From the NCBI GenBank assembly GCA_051362555.1, contig CM120646.1:13640001-13704000 (forward strand): 64,000 nt of DNA, read 5' to 3'. Every line of letters begins with the position of its first letter. Positions within the stretch are counted from its first letter, which is position 1. The stretch comes from Lingula anatina (lineage: Eukaryota; Animalia; Brachiopoda). A program made the position numbers and the translations under genes. Under the pieces are notes generated by a model. It did no database searches, was not told the DNA's origin, and saw only the letters and a program-made list of their open reading frames with translations. Positions 1-13,658 of this stretch are shown here, piece by piece.

Positions 1-386
1 AGGCCCAGTGATACTTTGTAATATATGGTATTTGAAAATCAATAAATCTATGCACGGTGTAAACAATACTATTTGTTTGTATTATTTATGGAGATTTTCA
101 TATATAGGCCCTACGTTTTTGTAGCTAGGCCATCATTTTACCTGTATACAAACCAGGGCAGCGTGTAGAAAACATTGGCGATTTATCACAACATTCGATT
201 CCCGGTGCAGTGTTTTGCTGTGGTTGGGGCCTACTTGTATTTTGAAGAAGGGTCAGCGAAAGAGAAAGAGAAAAAGAGAGAGAGGATGCAAGGGAAGAAA
301 GAACCGAGTAATAGAGAGAAAATTTTGAAGAGAAAAGAGAAGAAAGAAATGTAGAGATAAAGAAAGAATAAAGGCGACTGGAGAGT

Positions 387-388
<2 letters not shown>

Positions 389-420
<32 letters not shown>
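389..420. repeat. (AG)n microsatellite within a purine-rich low-complexity tract (~255-500)
   Basis: Direct read of the agagag run; explains the spurious LS/RE-rich ORFs at 125-597. Confidence 0.9.
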
Positions 421-422
<2 letters not shown>

Positions 423-1018
423 GGCGAGGGAGAGAGGTCGGGGAGGAATAGATCGAGAAAGGGAGAGTGAATGGGGGAAAGGGGTCGGGGTAAGAGGGAG
501 ATTAAGGTCGTCGTCACTCACGGAGGGCGTTGGAGCGATGTTGATTTGGTTGCCACAAAACGGACAAAATGTACCAGTAAAGGCCACTAAGCTATAATTA
601 CATGATTTAGCATAATCAAATTAACTTTGACTTAAAGCAACTATATGGTACTGCTTCTGGCAAATAAAAAGTTTTGGGTCAATAACCTGCATAAAAGCCA
701 AGTGGCAATCAAGAGAAAATAAAAGCCAAAGAAAGCATAACCGGAATCATATGTATCGGATTTAAGTTTTTTAGATTCTGACCTTTTTGCATATACTGCC
801 AAAGCTTTTATATATTCACATGAAATTTTATTTGTAATCTTGATAGTGAAATTCCCATGCAATTCAAGTCACACACTTTTTTATTCATATTACAGAGATT
901 AACATAAGATACCCAGAAAATATGTTTGAATATCCCGTAAAGATTTTACACTTTGTGACCCTGGTAGAGGGTACCGATAACCTCAAAGTGATGGACAAAG
1001 GCTGCATTCACATCCAAA

Positions 1019-1187
1019 GTTGATCCGAGGACTAACAGATCCGAGCATCAAATATGGCCGACCAGCTTGAAAGCTGACCACGTAATCCCCGAGGGAAATC
1101 TATTGTGTCTATGAGGGGATAATACGACAAGCTTTCAAGAAGGTCGGCCATTTTTGATCCGCGGATCTGTTCGACACCGGATCACCT
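1019..1187. mobile_element. Small palindromic MITE-like element
   Basis: ~57-bp imperfect inverted arms (tgatccg..agatcc..atcaaa.atggccgacc..cttgaaagct / agctttcaag..ggtcggccat.tttgat..ggatct..cggatca) around a short core. Confidence 0.55.
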
Positions 1188-1457
1188 TGTTCTGAATTCC
1201 CCTATAGTGTCACTGAAGGCTGACGCGATGGCCAAATTATAAGTATGTCCGATTATAAGTATATATGGTTCAGATGATTGCGGTTCACGTTTTCAAACAG
1301 TCATGTGCAGTAGATGGTACAATTTTCCGTTGAATGTGTTAGGTGTGACAGATCCCTTGAAGCAATTCTTAGACAACGTGCGCGTTGGCCGATACCAAAG
1401 AAAATAGGCCTACTTTAATCGTAAACCCAATCCCCTCCGTGTTTACCCCTTCCATAC

Positions 1458-1501
<44 letters not shown>

Positions 1502-3008
1502 CTTATTTAGTTTTTTTTTTTTTTTTTTTTTTGGGGGGGGGGGGAGGGCTTCTCCGTTTTTACCTCTAATGCAATATTTGACTGCCCTCTCGGAAGAGTA
1601 TGATTAATGAAACAGGTACTCCATAAAAACATTACTGTGATATGTAACTGGCGTTCTAAAAATATACAGTATCCTAGGATTCTACAACATAGTAGAAAAA
1701 GATACAGGCCTACCATTGCGCCAAAATATAGATTTACTCGCGTTCTTCACATATTTTATATCACGAAGGATGCAAATATGTGCTTTGCATATTAATCATA
1801 ACAAACAATTTTAATTAAAAAATATCTTACCATTCAACAACACATAGATTCACCTGCATAAACAATATAACACATAATTGTTTTCCAAATATTATAAAAA
1901 GTATTCAATACATAATTAAAGATAAAGAAAAAACTATCATAGACTGCAACCACCTCCACCCTCAAACTAACCTTCATTGAAGAATAAATAGAGAACAACA
2001 ATTAAAAGTTTTATGCTTATATCTTGATAGATGCACTTAATGAGTAAAACACCTCACAGTATTTCGGACTAGAATCATTCAGAGGACATTGGTCTCATCA
2101 CATTTTTATATCATTTTCTTGATCCTGAGAAGCATGGTCCAAGTTTACTTTTTCCATTCACCTTTTCTATTTATCCAACATATAAAAAAATAAAATCTTA
2201 GCAATACATGTCTAAAAGATACATACTGTAGTGTGGATTTCCAGTAACTCATATAAATCACTTCTATCAGTTCTTTATACTTTCTTAAATCATTAATCGG
2301 GAAATATAAAAACTGTATGTCCTTTATATATTCTTTAATTAAGTTATACTATTTGAAACTATACATGTATGGTGGCCTTTGGTCAGGTTTTATAGCAATA
2401 ATTTGATTTAAAATGCATCTGGAATGATATAAGTCGCTGTCTACTGTAAAATCAATCTTCGAATAAGGGAAATCGTCTTTCAGAATGCAACATCATTACA
2501 TTCTCTGTTTTTATATCTGGAAAAGAAACAATGTTGTTATCACATTAACTCATGTTGTCCTGTTATTATCACAATAACAGGACACCACAATGCACAAGCC
2601 AAGCAAAATTTATCAAGCTGACGCCATTACGTATAAAACGCCCTTAATTTTTTGTTTTTTAATTAGAGCCACCCGGCATATTTACATTTACTAAGTTGTT
2701 ATTTCAAAATTACAATTTTTGATTTGGTTAGCCTTCACACTTAAGTTTCAGAATGATGAAAAACTATCCAGTTCTTGTCGAATAAAGATTTATGTCCATG
2801 CCATGCATTAAAGGTCCCATAAAATTAACTATTTTTAAGGTTTCAAAATTCCTTTAAAGCTTGTAACAATTTTTAAAAACTTCAAAATATATTCATAAAC
2901 GGACCTGCCCTGCCTTGTTAGCTGAAAAGAGTAATTCTTTCTCTAGAAAGTCACTGTTTAAACACTGTTATAAAAATATCAAATACTTACCCTCTTCATA
3001 TGCACTCT

Positions 3009-3183
3009 TTACAATACCAGCTCAACCAAAATCAACACTCTTAACATTACAAAAACAGCATTGACTCCTCCCCCTGAAACACATAGGTTCGTGGCTGAAA
3101 TACCAGTTTGTTTACAAAAATTCAGACATACTTGCATTTTTATTATTTGTTGGATAGAGCCCATGAATTTAATGATCACTTTA

Positions 3184-3236
<53 letters not shown>

Positions 3237-5397
3237 CAACATAAAAAATGAATAAAAATTACAACGTTAACTAATAGACGCACCTGCATGGTCACTGAAA
3301 TATAATAATAACTGCCAATTCCAATTTCATTTAGGATCATTCCATAAAAAGTGAACATTTGAGTCGGGTAAGTGACCCACCCATTTTGTGTAACATTTGC
3401 ATAATTTAGACTTGCCGGTTTGCTGTTTTCTTACTATAGAAACCTTCAATATGAACAGAAATCTACAGTTTCTGTATAATTAAGAACTACACTCTTGCCC
3501 AAAATGGTTGGTACACGGAAATTTTGGGAGGCATATTGCCCTGTTTCTTTCATTATTATTGTTATTATCAAATTAATACTGTTTATAGTGTTAAATATGT
3601 GAAGCTGGAGGATTGGTAAAGTCAAGGAGAAACAAAAAATGCAAATGTGAAAAAAGCGTAAATTTATTTAGGGTTAATTTTCCTCATGCCCCCAAAAAGA
3701 GTACTTTTTTTGCATAACAGTACCAAGGGAAAAATTAAACATAAATTTATACTGTGATTGACAATTAATATGAAATTAGGGGAAATTGTCAAGAAACATC
3801 TTCAGAGTTCATTATTAATCTAAATAGCGGGCATGCCCACCCCGAGCTGGGATTATGGCCGCCAGACGGCGTGGCATACTGTGAACTAGAGTTACAGCTC
3901 TTTGAAGAGGAATTCTGGTCCATTCATCTTGCAGGGCATCTCGCAGTTCATCTAGATTTGCAGGGGGCACGTTTCTCCTCTGAATGGCACGACCAAGTTC
4001 GTCCCAAATGTGCTCAATTGGGTTTGCACCTGGGCTTCTTGCTGGCTGTGGCATCGGCTGAATGTTGTTTTTTCGAATATAGTCAGCAATTGAGCGGTCT
4101 GTTTGGGGAGTTGGATTGTCATGTTGCAATCTAAACTTGTCTCTGTATATTCCTCTTGCGAACGGCTCCAGGTACTGCTTGAGAATGTCTCTGTATCTGG
4201 CAGCGTTAAGGTTTTCATCCAGAGGAAGCAATGGGCAAATACCGTTTCTGCAAATGGCACCCCAAACGTATACAGAACCATCTCCTCCAAGCTCGGGGTG
4301 GGCATGCCCGCTATTTAGATTAATAATGAACTCTGAAGATGGTTCTTGACAATCCCCCCTAATTTCATATTAATTGTCAATCACAGTATAAATTTATGTT
4401 TAATTTTTCACTTGGTACTGTTATGCAAAAAAAGTACTCTTTTTGGGGGCATGAGAAAAAATACCCTAAATAAATTTACGCTTTTTTCACATTTGCATTG
4501 TTTGTTTCTCCTTGACTTTACCAATCCTCCAGCTTCACATATTTAACAATATAAACAGTATTAATTTGATAATATCAATAATAATGAAAGAAACAGGGCG
4601 ATACGCCTCCCAAAATTTCCGTGTACCAACCATTTTGGGCAAGAGTGTAATATAAACATCTATGTAAATATCACGTAAAATGTGTGCTTCACTAACGTAA
4701 CTAAACTGATCACTTTTCTTGAAGAATGGCACATTTATGAATTGTGAATTAGTTCGGTGACAATAACCATCATTTGTACTCACTCTGCGACTGTGTGGTT
4801 GGAGACAAAGTTGAAGCTATTGACGAAGATGTAGTCTTGGGTGTTGGCTGGTCAAACATGGTCAAAGTACTCATAGCTGCCCAGGATCCATTATTAGCTG
4901 CTGCTTCTATCCCAAGTATCTTACACATTACCTGATACACGTCTGTGTTATTGATGAGATCCACTTTAGAGTTGGCGTTAAAATCTGAAGTGATGACAAA
5001 TTATGCACACACACACACACACACACGCACAATCAATTCAAGACAATTTTTGAAATATTGTAGTAATTTAAGGCAATCTGTGCAGATAAGCACATAAAAC
5101 GTGCTTCTTTGGGACTCAAAATGTGACATCTTTCCCTTTATGTTAATTAAGTGACTACTGCTACTTCCTGGAAGAGTGGGAGAGTGGACCCCTAGACCCC
5201 CGCCAAACATGCACAATAGAAATGAAATTAAATTTAACTATTACTGTGGTAATATACTTACTAGGTCCTATGGCATAAAATATGGCATGCATGTCATTTT
5301 CTGCATTGTCATAGCCATGTGTCCCTCTCGTGCGAACAACGGTTTTATTATTTTCATTTTCGTCAAAAGTCGGCACATTTGGAGATGCAAACTGAAA

Positions 5398-5439
<42 letters not shown>

Positions 5440-7223
5440 ATTGTCCATTTTATAACTGATCACAAGCACTAAAAGGTTTATCATGATTATACTGATTTTA
5501 ACTCGACAGCCAGGAACTGTGCGAACACACTTAAAGGTACATTTGAAGCGAGTTGGCGTGACATATTTACCCATATTTCTGCACCCAACCAAATGCCATC
5601 TTATTAACATATACATGTAGGTATTACCCCTAATTCTAATTTTATTCTCAATCATACCGTCGTCATGTAGTAGCCACTCTCTGCTAGGACAAATACTGGA
5701 GCAACAAGTCTGTGATTTTTATAAAAGAAGCGCTCTGGAATATCTTTCTTCAGATAAGCTGTAAAATATCTCTCCTCTAATGAGTCGTTGTTTAGTTTTT
5801 TCACTAACTGAAAATAAAACCAATCCAAAATATTATAGAATCACGAAGACATGTCACATAAATGTCTCTTAGTGTGCATCTCTCTTTAAGGTATATTAAG
5901 TATAAACAAATAAACATCATGTCACCCTGTCAATCTGATTGCATTCAGCGAGAGTCCCCGCGGAGTTGGATCGATCTACGTACAAGAATACTTTCATTGG
6001 GAATCATCCCCATAGGTCCATAAGATATACAGACTTAACCACATTGTGTTAGTTGTGACTCAGGATTGCAGAGAACAATCCACTTGACGTACCTCGGCTG
6101 GTTCGATTGCGGGCCACAGTTCTACATTTGCACCACTGTTCAATGAGCCCTTGATGGGAAAACTGACCAGGTCACTCAAGTCCATCCTCTGGGTCAAGTT
6201 AACAACCTCACCAACCAAAGTCATACCTAGAAGCAACTCGGAAAATGTGTATCTATTGAATTAGCTAATTTACTATAAAGCCGACAGGCAGGAAGATAGG
6301 CAGACAAGAAAAAGCAAGAAATACCCAAAAGATTTTAGAAATATTTCACAATATTTCTACTCACCATGATCTGCCAGTATGATAATATTCAAGGTCTCCC
6401 TCATGTCACTTGTAATTTTCAAAAGTTCAGTTATTGCGTCGTCAAGTTCGTTTAAGGCGGTGTTTAACTCCCTCCCATTTGGACCATATAGATGTCCAAA
6501 ATGGTCAATTGAAATGTAATAAATACCTGCAACACAAAACAGAGACTGCTACCATCAACATTTACAAAAGACTAGGCTTACATGTATGTATACATATATA
6601 TAGTCAGAGACCCGGGTGGAAGCAGGCTAAATAGTGTGTATAATGAAACTATGTTTGTGGCAATATAATTCTATGCTGGGATACTTAATTCGTGGCTAGA
6701 GTGGTTAATTTGTACATCTGTGCTCTCAAATGTACCTACCCACAAAATCTGCTGAATTATTCCTCAGTGAAGCTACAGCCTCCTTAAGGTCTTGTTTCAG
6801 GCTGGCGCCATTTTGTAAAGGTTCTTCCATCCACTCCCTACATACGGAGGGTTTGTGCTGATGTATGGTAACATTACAATTTGGCCAGGATAAGAGAAAG
6901 CTTTTCTTGCCCTGAAAAAAAAAAAAAAAACAGAAATTATGCAAAGCTCAAAATCTAAGACATACTAAACGCATTCAAACTGTCCCAAAGTAACAGGTTG
7001 AGCAATGATTTGCACGTGGAAGAAAATTAATATATTCTCAAGAAAAATTCAATTTGGTACAATCCCCGATAGGCTTTAAAACCATTAAGAACTGTGTTCT
7101 AAATTATCACAGATCTAACAAGTCATACAAATAATAGGATACATGTGAACCACCAAACCTATGAAAAAAACTGCTGTGCATAATAACTTTGAATGAAAAG
7201 AACAAATTAATAGTTTTCTGTGT

Positions 7224-7254
<31 letters not shown>

Positions 7255-7925
7255 GGGGGGTTATAGGGGTGGGGGTGGGGTGGGGGGCGGGGTCATTACC
7301 TGTCTCTCAGCACCAATCCATAATGGTTCAGCATCCTCCCACCAGAATGATTCGTAAGACTCTGGATTACCGCCTATGTCAAATGTTTTATTTCTGTCTG
7401 CATCATACATGAAGTTTGATACCATGCCATGGTTCTCACAATGTAACCCTTAAACAAGGAATTAGGTGATATAATGGACAGGTAAATACTACACGGTTAT
7501 AATAACATGGATATCTTTTTACTTTTAGAGGTGAAAATTGGAGTTTTTCTTTTATACTGTGTAGGCTACAGCAGAAGTGAGTGCAAAAACGCAATGTTTA
7601 GTAGAGTGATTACTGGAATAATAATGAGGTTAGAACTTTTAATGATTTCAGCATCGCCAAAAAATTAGCACTTTTATTTAATACGAGCGTTACATTACTA
7701 CTAAATTGTGCTTCGTATTTTCGAATTAAACACGCAGATCATCATCCTCGTCTACAAGGTGCGGCCATTTACAATGCATAATTTGTGCAAGGTGCGACAT
7801 AATGTGGATCGAATGAGGCGTTACATTCTGTCTTTTAAGTACCTACCAGCAGTATGCATTTTAAATCATATAGCTTTTGCAGTTGTTTTTAGTACAACGA
7901 CGCTTTTACAGAGCAAATTATTCCC

Positions 7926-7977
<52 letters not shown>

Positions 7978-8654
7978 CCAATATATATATTGGCCAATAT
8001 AAATAAACTTTTATCTTATCTCATGAAACTTGTAAGGTCAAATTTACAAATTAAGGCAAGAACTAGGCCCAAAGGGCATCTACGTCTACAACGTACCAGT
8101 TACAGTACATCAGGCGAGTTATATCCATGTGTCAGATTTTGAAGCGGTTTTTTTTTTCGTGAATTAATATATTAAAATTCTTACACATTGTCACACTTAT
8201 ACTTGGCATTGGTTAAAAGGGGATGACTCAACAGAGATGTGCATCTTTTCCAGCCTGGTTGGCAGCAAGCAAAAACACGTAACATGCAATTCATTACTGG
8301 CAGATCTCAGATCTCAGCATTCATGAATTCATTTATTAATACAATTATACAATTAATTGTACAAGGGCCATTCTACAAAGCCACAGAGAGGGATTAATAA
8401 CGTAACATACCTGTCATAATGGAATAATAATTGGGATATGATGAGCTCGGAAAACTGGGTCGCATTTTCGTCGCGCGGGCACCTTGCATTTCTATCTGTT
8501 TGAAGGCAGGTAGGTTCTCTCTGTCGGCGTAATCCCATCTCATGCCGTCCACGAGTAGAAGTAGTAGCTTGTTCGCTGACAGGGTTACCCTCACCGAAGA
8601 AGATATGCACAGAAATTGAAAAACAAGCAGGCGCCATCGCTGAGAACTCGCCAT
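3009..8654 (-). CDS. ENPP6-like ectonucleotide pyrophosphatase/phosphodiesterase, copy 1 (catalytic exons intact, C-terminal anchor exons frameshifted)
   Basis: Spliced exons ~8654-8411, 7448-7300, 6911-6740, 6526-6365, 6227-6093, 5807-5658, 5391-5262, 4983-4784, 3073-3009 with GT-AG junctions in phase. Signal peptide, LLVDGMRWDY, FPSSSYPNYYSIMTG (Ser nucleophile as in ENPP6), IDHFGHLYGP, ADHGM, GTHGYDN, S/T-rich stalk. Confidence 0.88.
3490..4647 (-). mobile_element. Non-autonomous Tc1/mariner (DD34E) element with ~360-bp TIRs
   Basis: TA on both flanks (3488-89, 4648-49); termini cactcttgcccaaaatggttggtacacgg / ccgtgtaccaaccattttgggcaagagtg; internal transposase fragment with GSVYVWGAI, QHDN-34aa-E (NPIEHIW), ARGGHARY*. 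Confidence 0.93.
3815..4285 (-). pseudogene. C-terminal fragment of Tc1 transposase (DDE_3-type)
   Basis: ORF 3815-4231 extends upstream in frame to GDGSVYVWGAICRNG; the N-terminal DNA-binding domain and first catalytic Asp are absent. Confidence 0.88.
7929..7974. repeat. (TA)n microsatellite
   Basis: Direct read. Confidence 0.9.
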
Positions 8655-11600
8655 TCTGCTACTGTGCCGTCTTGTTTCTATCTCACATGGATTAGGCCAG
8701 GGGAAGTGAGGGTAGTGGGTCTAAGTAGAACGGAAACTAAAATTTACAGCGGACTCAAGAGAATTTTAGCCCCAATGTTGATGAGGGGAGTAAAGATAAG
8801 GGGAGTTATCGGTGAGGGGGAGTAACGTTCGGTGCGCGTATAACGGTAATTTTGCAGGGGATGCCTGGATGCCGGGATCTATGGATGCGAGGTCGTGTCG
8901 ATGGTTACATTCCTAAACGTTACCGCACCGATACTCCGCCGTACCGATGCGTCTCCGCAAAATAGTATTAAAACAGTTTTTTTTTTAATTAAAAAATCGA
9001 TACTAGATACTCCCTTGTATCTATATTTCCCCTCATCTTGAGCAACGTTCAGCTATATTCCAGCCCACCGTTACTCTCTCGCAGCATAGGTTACCTTTGG
9101 TTAAAATGCGACATCCAAAAATAAATTCTTTATCTTAAAAAAACTTTGATTTAAATACAATTTTTTCAAAAGTACACCACCCCCGCGGGACCCAAAAATG
9201 TCGTGGTAAAATAAGGAAACAATTGTTAAAATCGAACTGCTTCAATGCTTCAAAACTTAGAACGTAGGCGAGGATTAATGTGTGCAGTATCACCGACGTT
9301 TACAATTTTTTGCGACTTTTAAAAAATGTATGTAATATCTCACTTCGTTCTTCAACAGTGGCAACGGTAAAAACATTACACACCCTTTTCATTTAGTTAT
9401 TTGCTTAACCAAAATTAAATAAACCACCACAGCATCTTTTTCAGGCACCGTTTGGTTCATCGAATAAAAAAGAAGCACCCCAACCAGTGCCTTATATTGT
9501 CGCCTTTATCTCAGGCTTCGTAGAAATAGAAGTAATTGGAAGTTATGCGATCTTTTGACGAAAAATAAAAAGGCAGATATACGGTATGGGGGGAGGGGGC
9601 ATTGAGGCGAGATAGAATGGTTGGGAGGGAGAAGCGGTGTGGGGAAATGTTTTGGGGACGTATAGCGGGTATAGAGATGACCCTATGTCTTTAATGTAAC
9701 TGGCGTAATGAAAATAAAATCAATCAACTCATATTGTACCTTAAAATGCTTTACTCTTATCCCTTGCATAATATATAAATAACAAAAGTTGCAATTATGT
9801 GTTTTGCAAATAAATTAAAACAAACAAATATCTTACCATGAAACAATACATAAGATGTACCTTCATAAACAAGTTTAAATTGTAGCTAAATGCAAAATAA
9901 TAAAAACATATAATTTGCCCCAAATATTACAATAAATGTTCAACACACACACATAAATATATGAGGAAGAGATGTGTAGTTTGCAAGCAATATAGCAGTT
10001 CTTGAAATACAAATTACAATGCACATAAACAGGGAACAGCCAAAGCTGTATATCTCTCTCTTTGTTTTTCTTGGATAATTTCTAAACATCAAATCATTTA
10101 TATTTGCTGAAATGTTGCATCTGATCTGAAATTTTAGATATAATATGCACTATTACTCATTCTTGTTATCAAAAGATCTTCCCAAGCTAAATATTTTATG
10201 TCTGAACTATGTAAGAGTTATGATTTTACTGATTTGGATAAACTGTTGGCACATCATTGCTTTGGACAACTTAGGACCAAAAATCTGTTCCAGCTAAATA
10301 AAAAATTCAAGTTATGCAACATTTATGGATTTCAGCTATAACCAAAGAAAAAATTAAGTCCACAAGATGTGAGATTGACCATAATAAGTAATAAAATGTG
10401 AGAAGTTAGGGTCTATTACATCTTTAAAATCTTTAACATGCACATCTCTCTCTTTCTCACATGTATACATGTTAAATCAAAACATTAAAAAGAATCCCAC
10501 CAACCTACAAGAATAATATTTGTTTCAATATTTAATATTAATGTCAACAATGTCAGTAATTTTTGTCTAAACACATTATTGAAATTGTTTTGCAATGGCA
10601 CGCATTACGTTTAAGCTCAAAATGGTCAATTATCTAAACAATACTGCTCTATAAAAAGCAAACATAATTTATGTGATACATGTAATTATCAGACCATTAC
10701 AAAAACTTAATTTGATCTCAGAACCTACATAATAAATTGCAGCTGTTTGCTGATGGTTATGACTGATGTCTTTGATTCATTCAATCTCTCTTTGTCATAT
10801 CTTCCCGTTCCATTTTAGCTTTGCTATTGGCTGTGAAACAGTACAGTTGTTCTGGCTCCCTCTTAAGTCCATAAAATTTCTACACCCTGCATATGTCAGC
10901 CATAAACAAGAAGGTACTAGCTAGTTCTGTTCCAATACCCAACCAACAGCAACCACCACTTGCTGTGCAAAGAGGAGTGTTTGAAAATTACTATGAAACA
11001 CAAGGTGCTTAGATTAAGCTGAGAAATTTGTGCAAAGGTAGATTCAGAATCTCATGGTGCAGTGTGAACCAATATTTCTAATATGCAAATGTATATTATT
11101 ATGTAAAACATGCTGACTGAAAACAGATTAAGTCTAACAGATGTCCACTAACCGCCTTTTTGCTAAATTTGAGAAAACCTGTCAGAATTACTGACTTATC
11201 AAAATGGAATTCATATTTGATAGCTGGTTCGGAAAATGAAAAACTGCATAAAACAATGTACAAATATTTCAAATTTCTTCGCATCTCTGCTTGGGAATTC
11301 TTCATGATAATGATGCTATATTTGTTATCTTTGTACTAAAAAAATCAGCATATTTCTGTTTTAGTTGTATCCAGAATCTACAAGTGTATGAGGCAGTGAA
11401 ATGCCTCAATTTTTTCTCTCAAGCACCTATAAAATTTGTTTTCTCACTCCATTTTCCAAAAATAGCTCAAACAAGAGGCAAGACATAAAACATTTTGAAT
11501 ATATTGAATATCATTGTGGTATTTTTTCTGAAAACACAAATCAAAAAAGAACAAAACACCAATATTTCCAAGATATGCATAGATGCAGGTCTTGGCTTTT

Positions 11601-12321
11601 GGGATAAGCAAAAACTGTATATGCGCAAGGACTGCCCTTTTGGGGTTAAGTTAGGAAAGTTCTGAATGCACCCATAGACACCAATCAATGTAAATACTTA
11701 TCACAGACGTTGGAAATTACTACGCCCACAGATGCCAAAAATGTTCCTGAAAATAAGAAATATAAATTTTTTATCTCATCTTTGTACAAAACAACAACTT
11801 TGTCTAATCACTGTCAATACTTACATCACCTCAATATGGCCGTATGTGCTTGGATTAAAAGAAAAAGATGACCCATATTTTACTAAAAGTCGTTTGTGTG
11901 TTAAATACTGTACAGGTGTTAAATACTGCTACAGCCATTTTTGTCTAACAGTACAAAAAATAGTCTCACCACAGGACTTACACTCATCACAAATAAAGCA
12001 TCTGAGAGAAAAATTTATAAAGGTGGAAAGACCGACAATTGAGGGTCTTTACAAAACTCTCAGCCAAAATTACAAAGCTCAGTTCTATACCAGTATCACC
12101 ATGAACTTAATAAAATAAACGCAAGAATGACTAAAGAGTTGATTAAGAAAATGCATATATATTTTCTGGTGCAGTTCAACTTTCCACTCAAAACAAGGGC
12201 CTTCACCAAGGAAATCAGATCCTCCTCTGGCAGAAAAAAAAGCCACAACCACAGAAAAAAAAATGCTCCAACATTCCCAGAGAGAAATGCCCTCCTCTAC
12301 AGGATGAAGAAATTGCTCCCT

Positions 12322-13627
12322 CTATAGGTCTCTGTCTGTAAAATCAGTCTTTGTATAAGAGAAATCGTCTCTCAGAAAAGCAAGATCATCATATTCTCTT
12401 TTTCGATATCTGGAAAAGAAGGTATGGTATTACCATGACAACAGGGCATCACAGTACACAAGCCAAGCAAAATTGATCAAGCTAAAGCCATTCCCTGCCT
12501 TGTGGGCTGAACAGAGTAATTCTATATCTAGAAAGTCAATATTTTGAATTTCCCCCAATGTTCACTGTTAACCCTCAAATACTCACCTTTTCCAAATACA
12601 CACTCCTACAATAACCAGCCCCACCACAATCAACAGTCCTAATATTACAAAGCCAGCGTTGACTCCACCACCTGTAACAGATTTTAATTAAGCACATAAG
12701 TCTGTGGCTGAAATACCAGATTTGTTTCAATATTTTAGACATAAATTATACTTTGTGAATCCAGACTTCCTTTTTTTCTTTGTTTTTAAAAGGGCTCATC
12801 AATTAATTGGGCACGTTATTGAAAAACAAAATAAAAATAAATAAAATTACAGCTTGTATCTTGGCCACTTCTGTATAATACTAACAGCCAATTCCAAATA
12901 AGGATCATTCCACAAATAAAGTGAACATTTGGGTTACATGCTTTATAGTGATGCAAAACTTTTGTATAATATGTGCATGATTTCGACATAAAAGTGGTGC
13001 ATCACTGACATAACCTATTACTTTTCTTGTGGAATGACCCATTTATGAAATGCCAATCAGTTTCATAACGATCCTCATTATCCATTATCCAATTTATACT
13101 CACTCTGTGGCTGTGCAGTTGGAGACAAAGTTGAAGATGTTGATGAAGATGTAGTCTCAGGTGGCGATGCTGATGTAGTTGTTGATGTAGTCGGCTGGTC
13201 AAACATGGTCAAGGTACTCATAGCTTCCCAGGATCCATTATTAGCTGCTGCTTCTATCCCAAGTATCTTACACATTACTTGATACACGTCTGTGTTATTG
13301 ATGAGGTCCACTTTAGAGTTGGCGTTAAAATCTGAAGTGATGACAAATGATTCAATGTTAATGTCTATGATTACTTCTTTCAGTTTCATATTCAAAATGA
13401 TTAGTTTTTTTGCAAAGAGCTGTATACAACTCTTTCATCTGTGCCAATCCAGCAATCTGATAATTACTTTCCATATTTTGTAGCAATTAACAGCAATCTG
13501 TGATAATTTATATACAAAACATGCTTCTCTGGGCCTTAAAAGTGTATTATCTTTCTTTTTTTGTAAAGAGATTGGAGCCATTTCTTCTTTTGGGGGAGTG
13601 GGGAAAGTAGACTCCTTGAAGCCCCCC

Positions 13628-13658
<31 letters not shown>

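Noticed and set aside
125-597. Three overlapping ORFs of 70-130 aa
   Set aside because: Products of the (AG)n/purine-rich low-complexity tract; no motif or splice support.
11732-12327. 128-aa and 66-aa plus-strand ORFs
   Set aside because: Antisense within the presumptive 3' UTR of ENPP copy 2; the frame is not conserved in the homologous region of copy 3 (~20930-21200).
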